A stretch of DNA of 64,000 bases, from positions 125,518,422 through 125,582,421 of the forward strand of contig NC_068981.1 of the NCBI RefSeq assembly GCF_001194135.2, given 5' to 3'. The DNA is from Octopus bimaculoides. Its lineage: Eukaryota. How positions within the stretch are numbered: the first letter of the stretch is position 1; each line of letters begins with the position of its first letter. The notes under the pieces were generated by a model. It had not been told where the DNA came from. It saw nothing but the letters and a program-made list of their open reading frames with translations, and made no database searches. The translations under genes were made by a program, and so were the position numbers. Positions 1-12,114 of this stretch are shown one piece after another.

Positions 1-299
1 AAACTATTCTAAAATGTTAGCCTGAAAATAATTGAAATACCTACCTATCTCAGTGAAGTGACACACTACCTTAACCCTATGTAACCTGAAAAAGCAATTT
101 TCTCAGTAACTGATGATCAACTAAGATAACAAAAGAGTCTCTATATAGTGATTCACGAGAAATGGCAGCAAATTCTTCGTCAATTTACACACTACTAAAG
201 GTAGTAGTATGGGGGCATGCACTGTAACAGCACGTTGCTGCATGCACCATTTGCTGGTGGTTCCCTACTCCTGGCAGATGAAACCTTTGCACCACTCAG

Positions 300-585
300 G
301 TGACAACCCTTCAAATCATAGGTCTGTTTGGGTGGTCGTTGCTGGTGAGGGTTTTACAAGGTTGGAGTGCAAATCCTACCTCAACCTCTTTTAGTTGCCT
401 TTTATGACACACAGAGAAAAAGATGGGTCTGTTCTTTGACATGCCAGTCTCTATATAACACTAGAGCAATGTGAAATGAAGTGTTTTACTCAGGAACACA
501 ACACACCAACTAGTCTGGGATTTGAACTCATGATTTGGCAATCATGAATGCAATACCCTAAACCATTAGGCCATGCACCTTCATA
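300..585 (-). mobile_element. Degenerate tRNA-derived SINE (family 3-like)
   Basis: Plus strand ends ...gggatttgaactcatgatttggcaatcatgaatgcaataccctaaaccattaggccatgcacc, the reverse complement of an A/B-box tRNA head. It also carries the 'gaagtgttttactcaggaacacaac' core shared with 9370-9655 and 12115-12480. Boundaries approximate. Confidence 0.6.
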
Positions 586-696
586 CCCAACTGGATAATA
601 TAATCCTGAATATATAAGTAAAAAAAAAAACAGGATGGTCATGTCTGGAACACTTTTTATAAGGCTCAATCATTTTGCATCCAGAATTTTCCTTAC

Positions 697-733
697 TCAG
701 TTTACTACAATCCATTATTGTTCTTTTTATATC
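697..733 (-). CDS. Candidate 37-nt internal exon (DIKRTIMDCSKL), gene unknown
   Basis: Long pyrimidine tract ...ttgttcttgtttcatcatcAG acceptor and GTAAGG donor; only one frame is open. No homology recognised. Confidence 0.25.
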
Positions 734-1242
734 CTGATGATGAAACAAGAACAAGGAGGAAGTGAGTAAGAGAGAGGAAGGTGTTTAAAAAAAAAAGGTG
801 CGGAGAATGATGAATGATGAAGAAACAGCAACAAATTATAAAACAAAAATAGACTACAAAAGAAATGATGTAACTAATGCAAAAAATATTCACTAATTTC
901 ACACAAAAATATAAAAAGCAAAGAAAAGAGAAAGGGAATTGAGCATTTGATTTTATCGAAGAAATTAGAAATCACAAAAATGCTGCATTGAAAACATAGA
1001 AATTATAAAAATAAAACAAAATCTAGAATATCAAAAGAAATTCCTTTCATGCGTCCACTAGTACACACTGCATCGCTACCATCACTGTATGATTCAACAT
1101 TTAAAATAGATATTCAAAACTGGTTTTAAGAAAGAATCAGAACCGTTTTGCAAGAGAGTTCTGTGTAAATTCTCAAGAAGATGCCACAATGAAGAATTTA
1201 TTGGACAAAAGCAGAGTATACAAAGAAATGTGTGTTAATTAA

Positions 1243-1434
1243 TCTTTTAGCATTTAAACCAGCCATATCTGGCCCAATATTCTACGTTTTGTGTTCAAAC
1301 CAGCCAGATCCAGATTCTCACACCTACCCTACAAAGTCATTCTAAAACTAATCACAAAGATAATGCATGATTAATTTAAAACAATGTGAATAAATAAGCA
1401 TTATACTTGACAGAGTAATGTGAATGCTAAAGGG
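1243..1434 (+). mobile_element. piggyBac-like MITE (TTAA family A)
   Basis: TTAA at 1239-1242 and 1435-1438. Ends tcttttagcatt / aatgctaaaggg. Internal sequence homologous to 23808-24027, 56602-56821 and 60909-61114. Confidence 0.8.
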
Positions 1435-2269
1435 TTAAGGTAAGGATGCCAAGAGTGTTTTTACTCCTCTTTCTCTATTACTACACCTAATGAGTACTGA
1501 TGAGAACCCTTGCTGTGCCACTGGACAATAAAAACAGCAATTTAGAAACAGAAAAAAGACTTAAGAAGTTTGCTAATAATAAAAAAAAATGTTAAAATGT
1601 TAGATTAGAAGAATGAGTAATTAAATATGTTTAATACAATGTCAGAGAATTGAAGCATCAGTTTGTTGAAACGTGACTGAATATCTTTATCCAGAAAATC
1701 CTACATTATGCTGTCACAGTACAGAAAATAGATGCGAGTCTGTTTTATCCTTTTTTCTTTAATCAATATTTTTCATGAAATAAAAAAATTAAATATTGAG
1801 AAAAGAAGGCATAAAACTTGTCATTTGAAGAAAATTTTATAATAGTATTGTTAGGAAAAAATGTGAGTTTGGAAAAAAAATTCTCTATGTTTGAATATTT
1901 GGCTACCAACTAGAATTCTGCTATTGAGAACTGTTGCATCATATGCAATTATCAAACTTGTATTATCAATTTTGATTAATTTTCAAAATGAAATTAATAT
2001 TTCATATATGTAACCATATAAAGAGCAAAAAAAAAAAACTGATGGAAAAGAAAAGTTCACAAAAGCTTTCATGGTACAAGAATTTCAGAAACAACATTAG
2101 AATTTTGAAATGAAAAAAATGTACATTACTGTGTCAATCTCAATATCATTCATTACTAGAAAGAAAACTGTAGTTACAATAATCTCAAGTAATTTTTAAA
2201 ACATGTTTTACAAGAAATTTTATTTTAGAAAAATTATATTCTCTTAAAAGCAAGAATAGAATCTAAAAT

Positions 2270-5100
2270 ATCAATATTCTCTTGAATCGAACCAAATACT
2301 TGAATCAATGAATTTAGAGAGTAAAATTTTAATCTAATCACAGGAAATTATTAGAATCTAAATGATAAAAACCAACAAGATATGGATATACCAAATGATA
2401 TATTTTCAATGTTAGATACTCTATAAACAAATACAGATGTAAAATATAGAAAGAAAATACTTGTACATTACTGGAACCAGATTCAAAATACTGGGATATA
2501 ATTGCAAATTCTATATTATCAAAAAATTGTTGGACTACACTGTTATGATGTATGTTACTTATCTCTAAAAACAATAATGTCTCTTTCGTCTACTTCCTTA
2601 CTAAGGATGCTATATAGATAGCTCTCTTTTAAATTGATTAAAGAATGATATATGGAACTATTTTAATCAAAACTGTTTAATCAATTCAAGTTATTAATCT
2701 CTGACCCAAAATGAACAATATAGCTAAACCAAACAAATTTGACATTCTAACAAACTTTCCTCAGAAGGTAAGATTTTTTTATAAATCATGGCAAAAAGAA
2801 TTCAAGTATTCTGATGAAGTATCAAACTAAGGATTTTGTTCCAACATATCAAGCTGAATGTAGCAGATATTATACAAGACAATACAACTTTTTGGTAATA
2901 CTTTAAAAAGCTAGAAGTTTATGTTTAAGTACCCAATAAAATATATTGCCAAACACATTCTACCAACACTATTTTAAAATCCCAATGAAAACATAGATGA
3001 ATTTCTATAGAATTTAACTTAATTGTATTAGTTCATGATAGCAACTTTAAAGCTACAGTGGTTAAAGGAACTGTATCATACATTTAAACATTATTAGAAG
3101 ATTACTATACTTAACGCTGAGTAGTAGAATTCAACAGGTTAGGGCTTTGGAACAAGCTCAGTCTAATGTAAAATAGTACCAGATACCTGTGGCTTCTGTG
3201 GAATCTTCTGATGTTAATAAGGAAAAATTAAGCAGCAGATCTGCCACAGTAAATGTTAAAATTTGGAAAACATGCTTTTTCTATGGGAACTTGAAAATCT
3301 GTTCTTATGCTGTTGTCAGATGAACCTACACCAGATCAAGAGACACACATATGAGAGCAGTAACATCAAATTTCCTCATTCATTAAACACTGAGATGAAG
3401 GCTACATCAACACCGATGACTGGGCTCCAGTTTGGTCACAGCCCTTTGGAAGGAACTGGTAGTAAATGGATTATAACATATAATATAATAAATCTTTTAT
3501 ATAAGAGATAATGCTGGAATATAGTTAGTTTCATGGTATTAAGCAGATGGAAGACAAATTTCCTTCTTAACAGGACACAAGACTATCTCAAGTAGCCATC
3601 TCAGATTATTATGTCACTGATTTTTGATATCTTAGAAGTGTGCAAAATTTAGTATATTGCCTAAAAACATTGCAAAATTCCTGCTGTGAACTATAACTCA
3701 AGAGCTTTAGGTTTGAAATCTAATAAAAAATAACTGAAACTGAGTACTGTGAAGGCAATACAATCTAGAAATAAGCTTTGTGAAAGATATAGCAACCTCT
3801 CTCTTAAGCTAAGTAAACCATTAAAAGTACCAAATATACTTGTATATCTGACTATAAGTCACTGGATATAGGGAAAACAGGTTTTGCTACAAGGTAACAA
3901 ATATCTTAAATGACATTTTATGTTATGAAGTATGAAGAAAGAAATAAAGAAGTTCTTGTCATTATGTGATGATAAAGCAGTCTTTCAACTCTATATACAA
4001 TGTTTAGGATGTGTGATGGGTGTCGAGAAGTGTGACAAACTGTAATACTGAACTATTACTTGTGAAGAAAGGAGTTAAAATGATTCAGGGGGAAGAAATA
4101 GCATATGACATGTTCGATGTGCTGTGTTAAGTTTGAGGACATTCTACTTGTTAATAATAAGGTGAAATAGTGTGTAACTATAGAAACAAGATGAGAACAG
4201 ATGATGTACATTGTGATAAAACTGATGCAAACCAATTGCAGATAACAGTAATAAAATAAGTTTACAAAGGCATGCTCATTAGACAGACAAGATCTTAGGA
4301 AATTAAACTTCATAAATGAAGAGCTGGTTGTAGAAAAGCTATTTTGGCAAGTTTCAGTAACAAGTGAACAGTAATTTGAAGATAATTATGGTGATGATAT
4401 GTAAGTAGAATTACTAAAGAGCTGAGGATTTTTATCAAAATAATTCATCCTCTACTTTTTGTCCTCCATTTTGGAATATCTGTTATATAGAGTGTGTGAT
4501 CAGCACTGAGAGTGTTATTCATATTAAGAAAATATTTAATCTTTGCAAGTAAATATTTTCCTTTCATTGCATAAATGTTTATCTGAGAAGAATCAATTAC
4601 ATGATATTGGTTTAAGTCTTAAGAGCTTCATCAGAAATACACCCACACACACAGAGGCAATGAAGTTGTTACTTTCACTATTGAAGGATTCTGATAGTAA
4701 CAACATAACTGCAAATTTACAACTAATTACAACATATTTCATAGTCATCTTTTATGACTAAAAGCATCTCATGGCATCAATAGAAATATTTTAATGATGA
4801 CAATAATCTAATGTGGAATCTCAAATAAGTGCTCACTGACTTCAAAAAAACAGCTGGTGCTTTTATTTGGCTTTTGGTTGAACAAAAATACTACAACTTA
4901 TCTTGTGCTGTACTTTGTTTTGTAAATTCTGGACAACAGATAACACATTCTTATAATTTATGTGCAAATGAGAAAACTTTGTGAACCATAATAAACAAAA
5001 GAATATACAAACATTAAATACAACTGAAGAGAAGAAGATAATTTTAAATAGAACATTTTAAACTTCTCATAAAATGTCAAGAATAAGCAGGAGGTGGATG
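2270..5100 (+). pseudogene. Possible heavily decayed protein-coding sequence, family unassigned
   Basis: About 2.8 kb free of SINEs and microsatellites, with protein-like fragments broken by stops (e.g. MDIPNDIFSMLDTL*TNTDVKYRKKILVHYWNQIQ; LHKCLSEKNQLHDIGLSLKSFIRNTPTHTEAMKLLLSLLKDSD, 4543-4761). No motif recognised. Confidence 0.2.
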
Positions 5101-5164
5101 AGTTGATAACATTTTTTTTTTTCTGACAAGTGAGTAGCATTACAGAGAGGCCGATGAACTTGAT

Positions 5165-5410
5165 TTCATCATCATCATCATCATCACTCAATGTCCACTT
5201 TTTCATGCTTAAATGGATTGGATGGAGTTTATTTGAGGCAGATATTCTACAGTTGGATGCCCTCCCTGTCACAAACCCTCACTTATTTTTAAACACGGTA
5301 ATATTCTTCCATGGCCAGAAATGTCCTTGCAAAATATTGGAAATGAATGACACTGTTTGTATGACAGTGACAACCATTTAAAACAGTCACACAATGGCAA
5401 GACAAGGAGA
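5165..5410 (-). mobile_element. RTE-tailed SINE / RTE 3' remnant
   Basis: (CAT)n tail followed by 'cagttggatgccctccctgtcacaaaccctcac', the reverse complement of the motif at the end of 10543-11298. Homologous to 8700-8945. Confidence 0.6.
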
Positions 5411-5439
5411 CACAAACACCTGCACATGTATGTATATAT

Positions 5440-5590
5440 ACAGTAGGCTTCTTTTAGTTTCTACTTACCAAATCCACTCACAAGGCTTTAGTTGGCCTAG
5501 GGCTGTTAGGAGGCGACATTGCTTGAGGTGCCATGCAATGGTGCTGAACCCAGAACCATGTGGATAGAAAGCAAACCTATTATCTCACAA
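5440..5590 (-). mobile_element. SINE family 1, 5' part
   Basis: 'ccaaatccactcacaaggctttagttggcc...gaacccagaaccatgtgg' is the reverse complement of the family-1 head. Confidence 0.65.
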
Positions 5591-5639
5591 CCACAAGAAG
5601 TTATTAAAAAGAAGATGATTAGAATTCACTACTGTTGGA

Positions 5640-5980
5640 ACAATTTTGCGAGTGGATTTCATCTTCAGTAAAGATCATGTACTCAGTCTTCTTTGCACTA
5701 AGAAACAGACCAACTTTGGCTGCAGCATTCTAGAGGGTTGTTAACAAGTCATACACATCCCACAACTGATGAGCTGTGAGGGCATGATCATCAGCATAGT
5801 TGAGGTCAGAGAGATAAAGACTTTGTTAATATCTTTGATCACTTCTGCTTGATGGTGAGGCAGACAACTCAAAGAGATCAGTGTTTTCAATATATCTTGG
5901 GCCCTAACTTGCTGACAATAAGAAAGACTTCCTGACACCCAAAGGACAAACAACAATGTTGACTATGAGAACTCAAAAAC
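5640..5980 (-). mobile_element. RTE-clade LINE reverse transcriptase fragment (inverted part)
   Basis: Minus-strand translation ISDLNYADDHALTAHQLWDVYDLLTTL*NAAAKVGLFLSAKKTEYM contains the YADD motif and the downstream RTE-type KVGL..NAKKTE block. Confidence 0.75.
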
Positions 5981-6024
5981 TCAAAACATTTCATGGCTTG
6001 AGCACAACATCAAAGAGAAGATTT

Positions 6025-6290
6025 AAGGACACATTCCTCTCATGTCCACTATAGTTGCTTGATGCAGGGTAAGCTTTTCTGGTCACTGCTATTATGTTGA
6101 ACACCAGGCCATATTGGATGTTATATTTTAGAGATGTCTGCATCCAAATAATGGATGAAAAGCACTCAACAACAATGATACTATTAACAGAAATACAATA
6201 TGATATTGAGGATCTACTAGAACTAATGGAGGACAGAGATTTGTGGTGAAGTAGCATGAAACGTATATCAGATGTAGCCAAGTAAATGGT
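6025..6290 (+). mobile_element. RTE-clade LINE 3' end
   Basis: Plus-strand CRVSFSGHCYYVEHQAILDVIF* and YDIEDLLELMEDRDLW* match the RTE C-terminus (RL.F.GH ... DR..W). Confidence 0.7.
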
Positions 6291-7012
6291 GCTCTCTCAA
6301 GCACCATTTAATACAGGGGAATATATATAGAAATATAAGTCTAAAAGTTTTGCAGCCAATCTGTAACTAAATTTCATGTTTTCTTGAAGCAAATTTGTAA
6401 GAGAGTACCAATTTTGAAAGAAAAATGCACAAAGACAACAAAAAGAAAACCTATTTTATGATAGAAAAATATGGGAACATTTTTACATATATATTAAACC
6501 CAAGATTAAAAAGATATGACAATATAGAAAGTTGAAAGGCAATGCAGGTTCACTAATCAGACTTCAGTATTAGTGCCTTTGATAACTTAGCAATATTAAT
6601 GTTTATTAACCAGAACATATTTGAAACAATTAAAACAATAGAAATCTCAATAAAATGCATGATTTGCCTTATTTACAAAAATGTATTTTACAGAAGAAAA
6701 TACATAGCATACTGTGAATGAATAATGCAAATAATTAAACTAATCTAGAAATAATGATCTGGTAATGAGTTAGTGGTACAAAAGCAAACCAATAGTATAA
6801 ATATAGACAATAACAAATTTACAGTCTGCTTGCTCTTCCTAATATATGGTTCACTTCAGCCTGATCTGAGGCCATATTTTATCCTCTGTTATGTAGCAGC
6901 TGGTGGAGTGACTTCTAATATATATTGTAGACCATGTGTGTGTGTGTGTGTGCGCGCACACACACATACACATAAATATATAAACTACACACTCATACAT
7001 GAGTATTTAGTG

Positions 7013-7150
7013 AAGGCATGGATGTGTGGTTGAGAAGTTTACTTCAAAACCATGTGGTTTGGTCTTTGCTCCCACACCAGACACTACTGGCTAGTTGACC
7101 AATGCCTTGGAAGTCAAATCTGGCAGACAAAGACAGGAAAAAGCCTGCTG
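7013..7150 (+). mobile_element. SINE family 1, degraded 5' part
   Basis: 'ggcatggatgtgtggttgagaagtttacttcaaaaccatgtggtttgg' resembles the family-1 head. Confidence 0.5.
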
Positions 7151-7281
7151 TGTGTATATATATAGTTGGAATTTACAAAGAAACAAAAGACGAACACAGA
7201 TGTATAAACAACAAACAGGGATGTTAGTTTAACAGGAGTTTTAATATATGCACACACATACACACACAATAGGCTTATATA

Positions 7282-8646
7282 CAGGGGTTGGACAAAATAA
7301 TGGAAACACCTAGCATCATAATTTTGAAATATCTACAAAACCGTCAAAAGCTTGTTTATCTTTGTTTTTTTATTTATTATTAGCGTTGCTTAATATGTTT
7401 TGCTAAAATTGCTGTTTCTTTTCAGATATCATCAGAAAAAGGTAATTAAAATGACAGATCTATCAGACTTTCAACGAGGTCAAATTGTTGGTGCTTGTAT
7501 GGCAGGCGCTAGCGTAACAAAAATAGCCAAAATATTTGGTGTATCAAGAAGTACTGTCTCGAAAATAATGNNNNNNNNNNNNNNNNNNNNNNNNNNNNNN
7601 NNNNNNNNNNNNNNNNNNNNNNNNNNNNNNNNNNNNNNNNNNNNNNNNNNNNNNNNNNNNNNNNNNNNNNNNNNNNNNNNNNNNNNNNNNNNNNNNNNNN
7701 NNNNNNNNNNNNNNNNNNNNNNNNNNNNNNNNNNNNNNNNNNNNNNNNNNNNNNNNNNNNNNNNNNNNNNNNNNNNNNNNNNNNNNNNNNNNNNNNNNNN
7801 NNNNNNNNNNNNNNNNNNNNNNNNNNNNNNNNNNNNNNNNNNNNNNNNNNNNNNNNNNNNNNNNNNNNNNNNNNNNNNNNNNNNNNNNNNNNNNNNNNNN
7901 NNNNNNNNNNNNNNNNNNNNNNNNNNNNNNNNNNNNNNNNNNNNNNNNNNNNNNNNNNNNNNNNNNNNNNNNNNNNNNNNNNNNNNNNNNNNNNNNNNNN
8001 NNNNNNNNNNNNNNNNNNNNNNNNNNNNNNNNNNNNNNNNNNNNNNNNNNNNNNNNNNNNNNNNNNNNNNNNNNNNNNNNNNNNNNNNNNNNNNNNNNNN
8101 NNNNNNNNNNNNNNNNNNNNNNNNNNNNNNNNNNNNNNNNNNNNNNNNNNNNNNNNNNNNNNNNNNNNNNNNNNNNNNNNNNNNNNNNNNNNNNNNNNNN
8201 NNNNNNNNNNNNNNNNNNNNNNNNNNNNNNNNNNNNNNNNNNNNNNNNNNNNNNNNNNNNNNNNNNNNNNNNNNNNNNNNNNNNNNNNNNNNNNNNNNNN
8301 NNNNNNNNNNNNNNNNNNNNNNNNNNNNNNNNNNNNNNNNNNNNNNNNNNNNNNNNNNNNNNNNNNNNNNNNNNNNNNNNNNNNNNNGTATTATTGAACA
8401 TTTATGGTGCATTTTAGAAAAACAAGTAAGGAGTCAATATCCTCCACCATCATCACTACAAGAACTGAAGATTGTTTTAGCTGAAGAATGGACAAAAATT
8501 CCTTTCAAAGCAATTCAAACTTTGTATGAGTCCATACCTCGTAGAATTCAAGCTGTAATTACTGCCTAAGGCAGTCCTTCCTACCCCATGTTAAAATAAA
8601 TTTGTTTGAAAATTTAAGGTGTTTCCATTATTTTGTCCAACCCCTG
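7282..8646 (+). mobile_element. Tc1-family DNA transposon, full-length ends, middle in N-gap
   Basis: Perfect 30-bp TIRs CAGGGGTTGGACAAAATAATGGAAACACCT (7282-7311 / 8617-8646), with TA on both sides. Confidence 0.95.
7451..8569 (+). CDS. Tc1-like transposase (mostly in gap; premature stop just before the usual KGG.T.Y C-terminus)
   Basis: N-terminal HTH MTDLSDFQRGQIVGACMAGASVTKIAKIFGVSRSTVSKIM. C-terminal IEHLWCILEKQVR...LQELKIVLAEEW..IP...LYESIPRRIQAVITA*GSP. Confidence 0.85.
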   Translation: MTDLSDFQRGQIVGACMAGASVTKIAKIFGVSRSTVSKIMXXXXXXXXXXXXXXXXXXXXXXXXXXXXXXXXXXXXXXXXXXXXXXXXXXXXXXXXXXXXXXXXXXXXXXXXXXXXXXXXXXXXXXXXXXXXXXXXXXXXXXXXXXXXXXXXXXXXXXXXXXXXXXXXXXXXXXXXXXXXXXXXXXXXXXXXXXXXXXXXXXXXXXXXXXXXXXXXXXXXXXXXXXXXXXXXXXXXXXXXXXXXXXXXXXXXXXXXXXXXXXXXXXXXXXXXXXXXXXXXXXXXXXXXXXXXXXXXXXXXXXXXXXXXXXXXXIIEHLWCILEKQVRSQYPPPSSLQELKIVLAEEWTKIPFKAIQTLYESIPRRIQAVITA

Positions 8647-8699
8647 TATATATGAATGTATTATGTACGTATATACATGTTTGTATATGTTTGTGTGTA

Positions 8700-8945
8700 T
8701 ATGAGTGAGTGTGTGCCTGTGTTTTTCCTTCATCTTGACATGTGAGCACTAATTGTAAACAAAAGTTACTGTCACATAAGTATGTTTGGCCTTTGCTATT
8801 TGAAGAGCAAATGGAAATATTACCTACTCTAGAAGCAGGAAGGGTTTAGGAGCAGGAGGAGCATCTGGCTATAGAAAAAAATCTACATCAACAACACTCA
8901 TCTGACCCATGCAGCCAGGGAAAAATAAACATAAAAATGATGGTG
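8700..8945 (+). mobile_element. RTE-tailed SINE
   Basis: 'ggaagggtttaggagcaggaggagcatctggctatagaaaaaaatctacatc...catgcagccagggaaaa' then an ATG-repeat tail; reverse-complement homologue of 5165-5410. Confidence 0.5.
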
Positions 8946-9369
8946 TGAATGGTGACAGGGCTTTAACAATAGCTACAGCAGAGATAGAGAAGTGAGAAGC
9001 TTGGTAACAGCTGAAATTCATAACATCTATAGAAGTTAGCCAAAGATAAAGATTTTAAGAGAATTTCAAGAAAATTAGCAATGGTTTTCAATGGCAAGAA
9101 TTAGTTTATAAAGTTTATAAAATTCAATAAGTTTGTGTGCTGTGAACTGAGGTAAATTCTAACACTGCTTGAAAATATTACATTCATCTCCCTTGAGGCA
9201 CACAGGTTTATTGAATTTTTCTAACTTTATAATCATGTAACGAATATAAAAATTCAATTTAGAGAGAAATTTTGCAAAAATTTCCATTTGATAGAAAAAA
9301 ATTATGAATGAAAATATGATGATGACAACATTTTAATAAAATATTTTATATATATATAATAATTATATC

Positions 9370-9655
9370 ACTAGATCGACTAGACTATCAGATGTTATAC
9401 ACTGCTGGTCACAATGTGCTTTCCTACATTGTTGGGGCTTCCAAATGATGCCACCTAGTGGCTAGGCAGGCAGGTCGAAGTTCCCCCAGAACAGAATGCT
9501 GGTCCCTCACAAGGTTACCCATTTATAGCTGAGCAGACTGGAGCAACATAAAGTGAAGTGTTTTGCTTTAGAACACAATGCATTGCTTGTCTGAAATTTG
9601 AAACCACAATCTTGCAATCTTAAGTACAAAAGCCTAAGCAGTTGGCTACACACCT
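9370..9655 (-). mobile_element. tRNA-derived SINE with conserved central domain
   Basis: 'tacccatttatagctgagcagactggagcaacataaagtgaagtgttttgctttagaacacaatgc...tttgaaaccacaatc' matches the core and head of 12115-12480. Confidence 0.6.
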
Positions 9656-9665
9656 TCACACACAG

Positions 9666-9724
<59 letters not shown>

Positions 9725-10106
9725 NNNNNNNNNNNNNNNNNNNNNNNNNNNNNNNNNNNNNNNNNNNNNNNNNNNNNNNNNNNNNNNNNNNNNNNNNNNN
9801 NNNNNNNNNNNNNNNNNNNNNNNNNNNNNNNNNNNNNNNNNNNNNNNNNNNNNNNNNNNNNNNNNNNNNNNNNNNNNNNNNNNNNNNNNNNNNNNNNNNN
9901 NNNNNNNNNNNNNNNNNNNNNNNNNNNNNNNNNNNNNNNNNNNNNNNNNNNNNNNNNNNNNNNNNNNNNNNNNNNNNNNNNNNNNNNNNNNNNNNNNNNN
10001 NNNNNNNNNNNNNNNNNNNNNNNNNNNNNNNNNNNNNNNNNNNNNNNNNNNNNNNNNNNNNNNNNNNNNNNNNNNNNNNNNNNNNNNNNNNNNNNNNNNN
10101 NNNNNN

Positions 10107-10546
10107 TGAGTTTGATGATAAGCTCCTTGAGGCATTACTTGAAGAAAATCCTGCATTATCAGTTGAAGAATTGGCAATAAAGCTTAGTTCAAACCATACA
10201 ACTGTTCATTGTCATCTTCAACAACTTAGAAAGGTTCCTAAACTTGGAAAATGGGTGCCTCATGAATAGTCCAAAAGTAACTGCAAATCCCGACTTGACA
10301 TCTACTCTTCTCTCCATTCTCGCGAATTCATTTCACCCTTTTTGGATAGACTTGTGAGTGGTGATGAAAAATGGATCTTCTATCGAAATGTTAAACGTCG
10401 TAAACAGTGGCTTGGTAAAAGGGAAAAAGCTCAACCACAACCGAGAAGGGAACTTCATGGGAAAAAGGTTCTTCTCTCTATCTGGTGGGATTGCAAAGGA
10501 GTAATTCACTTTGAATGTTACCATCTAATGCAACAATCAATGCTGT
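10107..10546 (+). pseudogene. mariner (Mos1/SETMAR-like) transposase fragment
   Basis: EFDDKLLEALLEENPALSVEELAIKL...LGKWVPHE*...FLDRLVSGDEKWIFYRNVKRRKQW...LHGKKVLLSIWWDCKGVIHFE, then frameshifted LPSNATINA. Contains the WVPHEL motif (L mutated to stop) and the first catalytic Asp. Confidence 0.9.
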
Positions 10547-11298
10547 ATGACACATGTGTACAAACAGCCATGCTACATGGCAGTGAAACATGGGTCATGA
10601 CTGCTTGCAAGGAATGAAGCCAGTATGCACCACTAGATGTGTAATGTCAGTGTGCATACATGACAGAGTGTAAGTGCCCTGAGAGAAAAGTTGGATTTAA
10701 GAAGCATCAGATGTGGTGTGAGGTGGTGAAGCACGACCTTCTAACATTGGGCCTTACCGAGGCAATGACTAGTGACCAAGACCTTTCGAGATATGCTGTG
10801 CTTGAGAAGACCTGATAAGCTAAGTGAGACCATAGCTTATGGCCTATGACAGTAGGTGTAACCAGCCCACTTATGAATACCCCTCATTCATTGGACAATG
10901 AACTTTTCTTGTGAAGACCTATTGTGGCAAGTGAAATCAAAATCGCTGACGTGGCCAATGACAGTACCGCCTGATTGGCACTCATACCAGTGAAACATTA
11001 AAAGCACGTCCGAGCGTGATCATTGCCAGCATTGCCTTACCGGCACATGTGCCAGAGGCACGTGGAAAACAACATTCAAGCATGGTCGTTGCCAGTGCCA
11101 CCAGACTGGCTCCTGTACAGGTAGAACGTAAAAACACCTTTTGAGCATGGTCATTGCCAGAACCGCCTGAGTGGTTGGCATTAGGAAGTGCATCCAGCTG
11201 TAGAAACTTTGCCAGATCAGATTGAGGCTGGTGCAGCCTCTGGCTCACCAGTCCTCAGTTAAACTGTCCAGCATGGAAAGTGGATGTTAAACGATGAT
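10543..11298 (+). mobile_element. RTE LINE 3' portion with tail
   Basis: LYDTCVQTAMLHGSETW motif and an internally deleted C-terminal region. The 3' UTR has repeated gtgcc/ggcac units and ends ...gcatggaaagtggatgttaaacgatgatga. Confidence 0.75.
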
Positions 11299-11706
11299 GA
11301 CACACATTTATGTATTTGTTTTGCAAGATTCTTCATGTGAAATCACGTGTTGAAACAGATATTGTCATACTTGGGGATGGTCATATTTTGTCAATTAAAT
11401 ACATGCACTATATATTTGGTCTTCACTTCATCTTTATTATCATTATTTTAGTTTCTTTGTTAAAGCTCTTTTGTCACACATCCTGTGACCTCCTCAGTGA
11501 CTCTTTATCCACATGTTTCCCCTATATATTGTTATTCTTTCAGACATTTCAGCACTAAAGTTATGGCTATGCTGGAGCACCATAAAATTATATACAAACT
11601 ACAATATGAAAATATTCTAATAATAATAAAATTTTCTCAAATAACTTTAAAAGAATATTAATTAATCAATTAAAGAAAAAAATTAAATGAAGAAAAGGCT
11701 ATTATT

Positions 11707-11732
11707 ACCGCCACCTTAGCGAAGGCGGAGGT
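11707..11732. repeat. GC-rich stem-loop at the end of an unclassified repeat
   Basis: accgccacctt-agcg-aaggcggaggt: 11-bp stem with 2 mismatches in otherwise AT-rich DNA. Confidence 0.5.
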
Positions 11733-12114
11733 ATTGTTTTTATATTCATTTAATGTTTAAATGTTTTTTAAAACTAAACTGAACTCAGTTTCGTAAGAGC
11801 ATATTTTGCATAGTATCAATTGAGTGTTTGAATTATTTTCTGTAGTGGTGATAGTTATTTAAAATAAAACTCAAGAATGTAAACAACAGATATTAAAACA
11901 ATCTACAAAGATGGTATTTAGATACTTATATATACCATGTTTACAATAACTCTCGTTGAAGTTATACTGTGTTTACATTATCTGTCTACTTATTGTGAAA
12001 CAAATTCTTGCTTTAGCATTTACAAAGTGTTGAAATCACATTTATATAATATCTTTTGTAAACTAACTTCATTCATTCCTCAGTAAATGCAGTCTTCAAA
12101 TTTCCATTTGTTGG

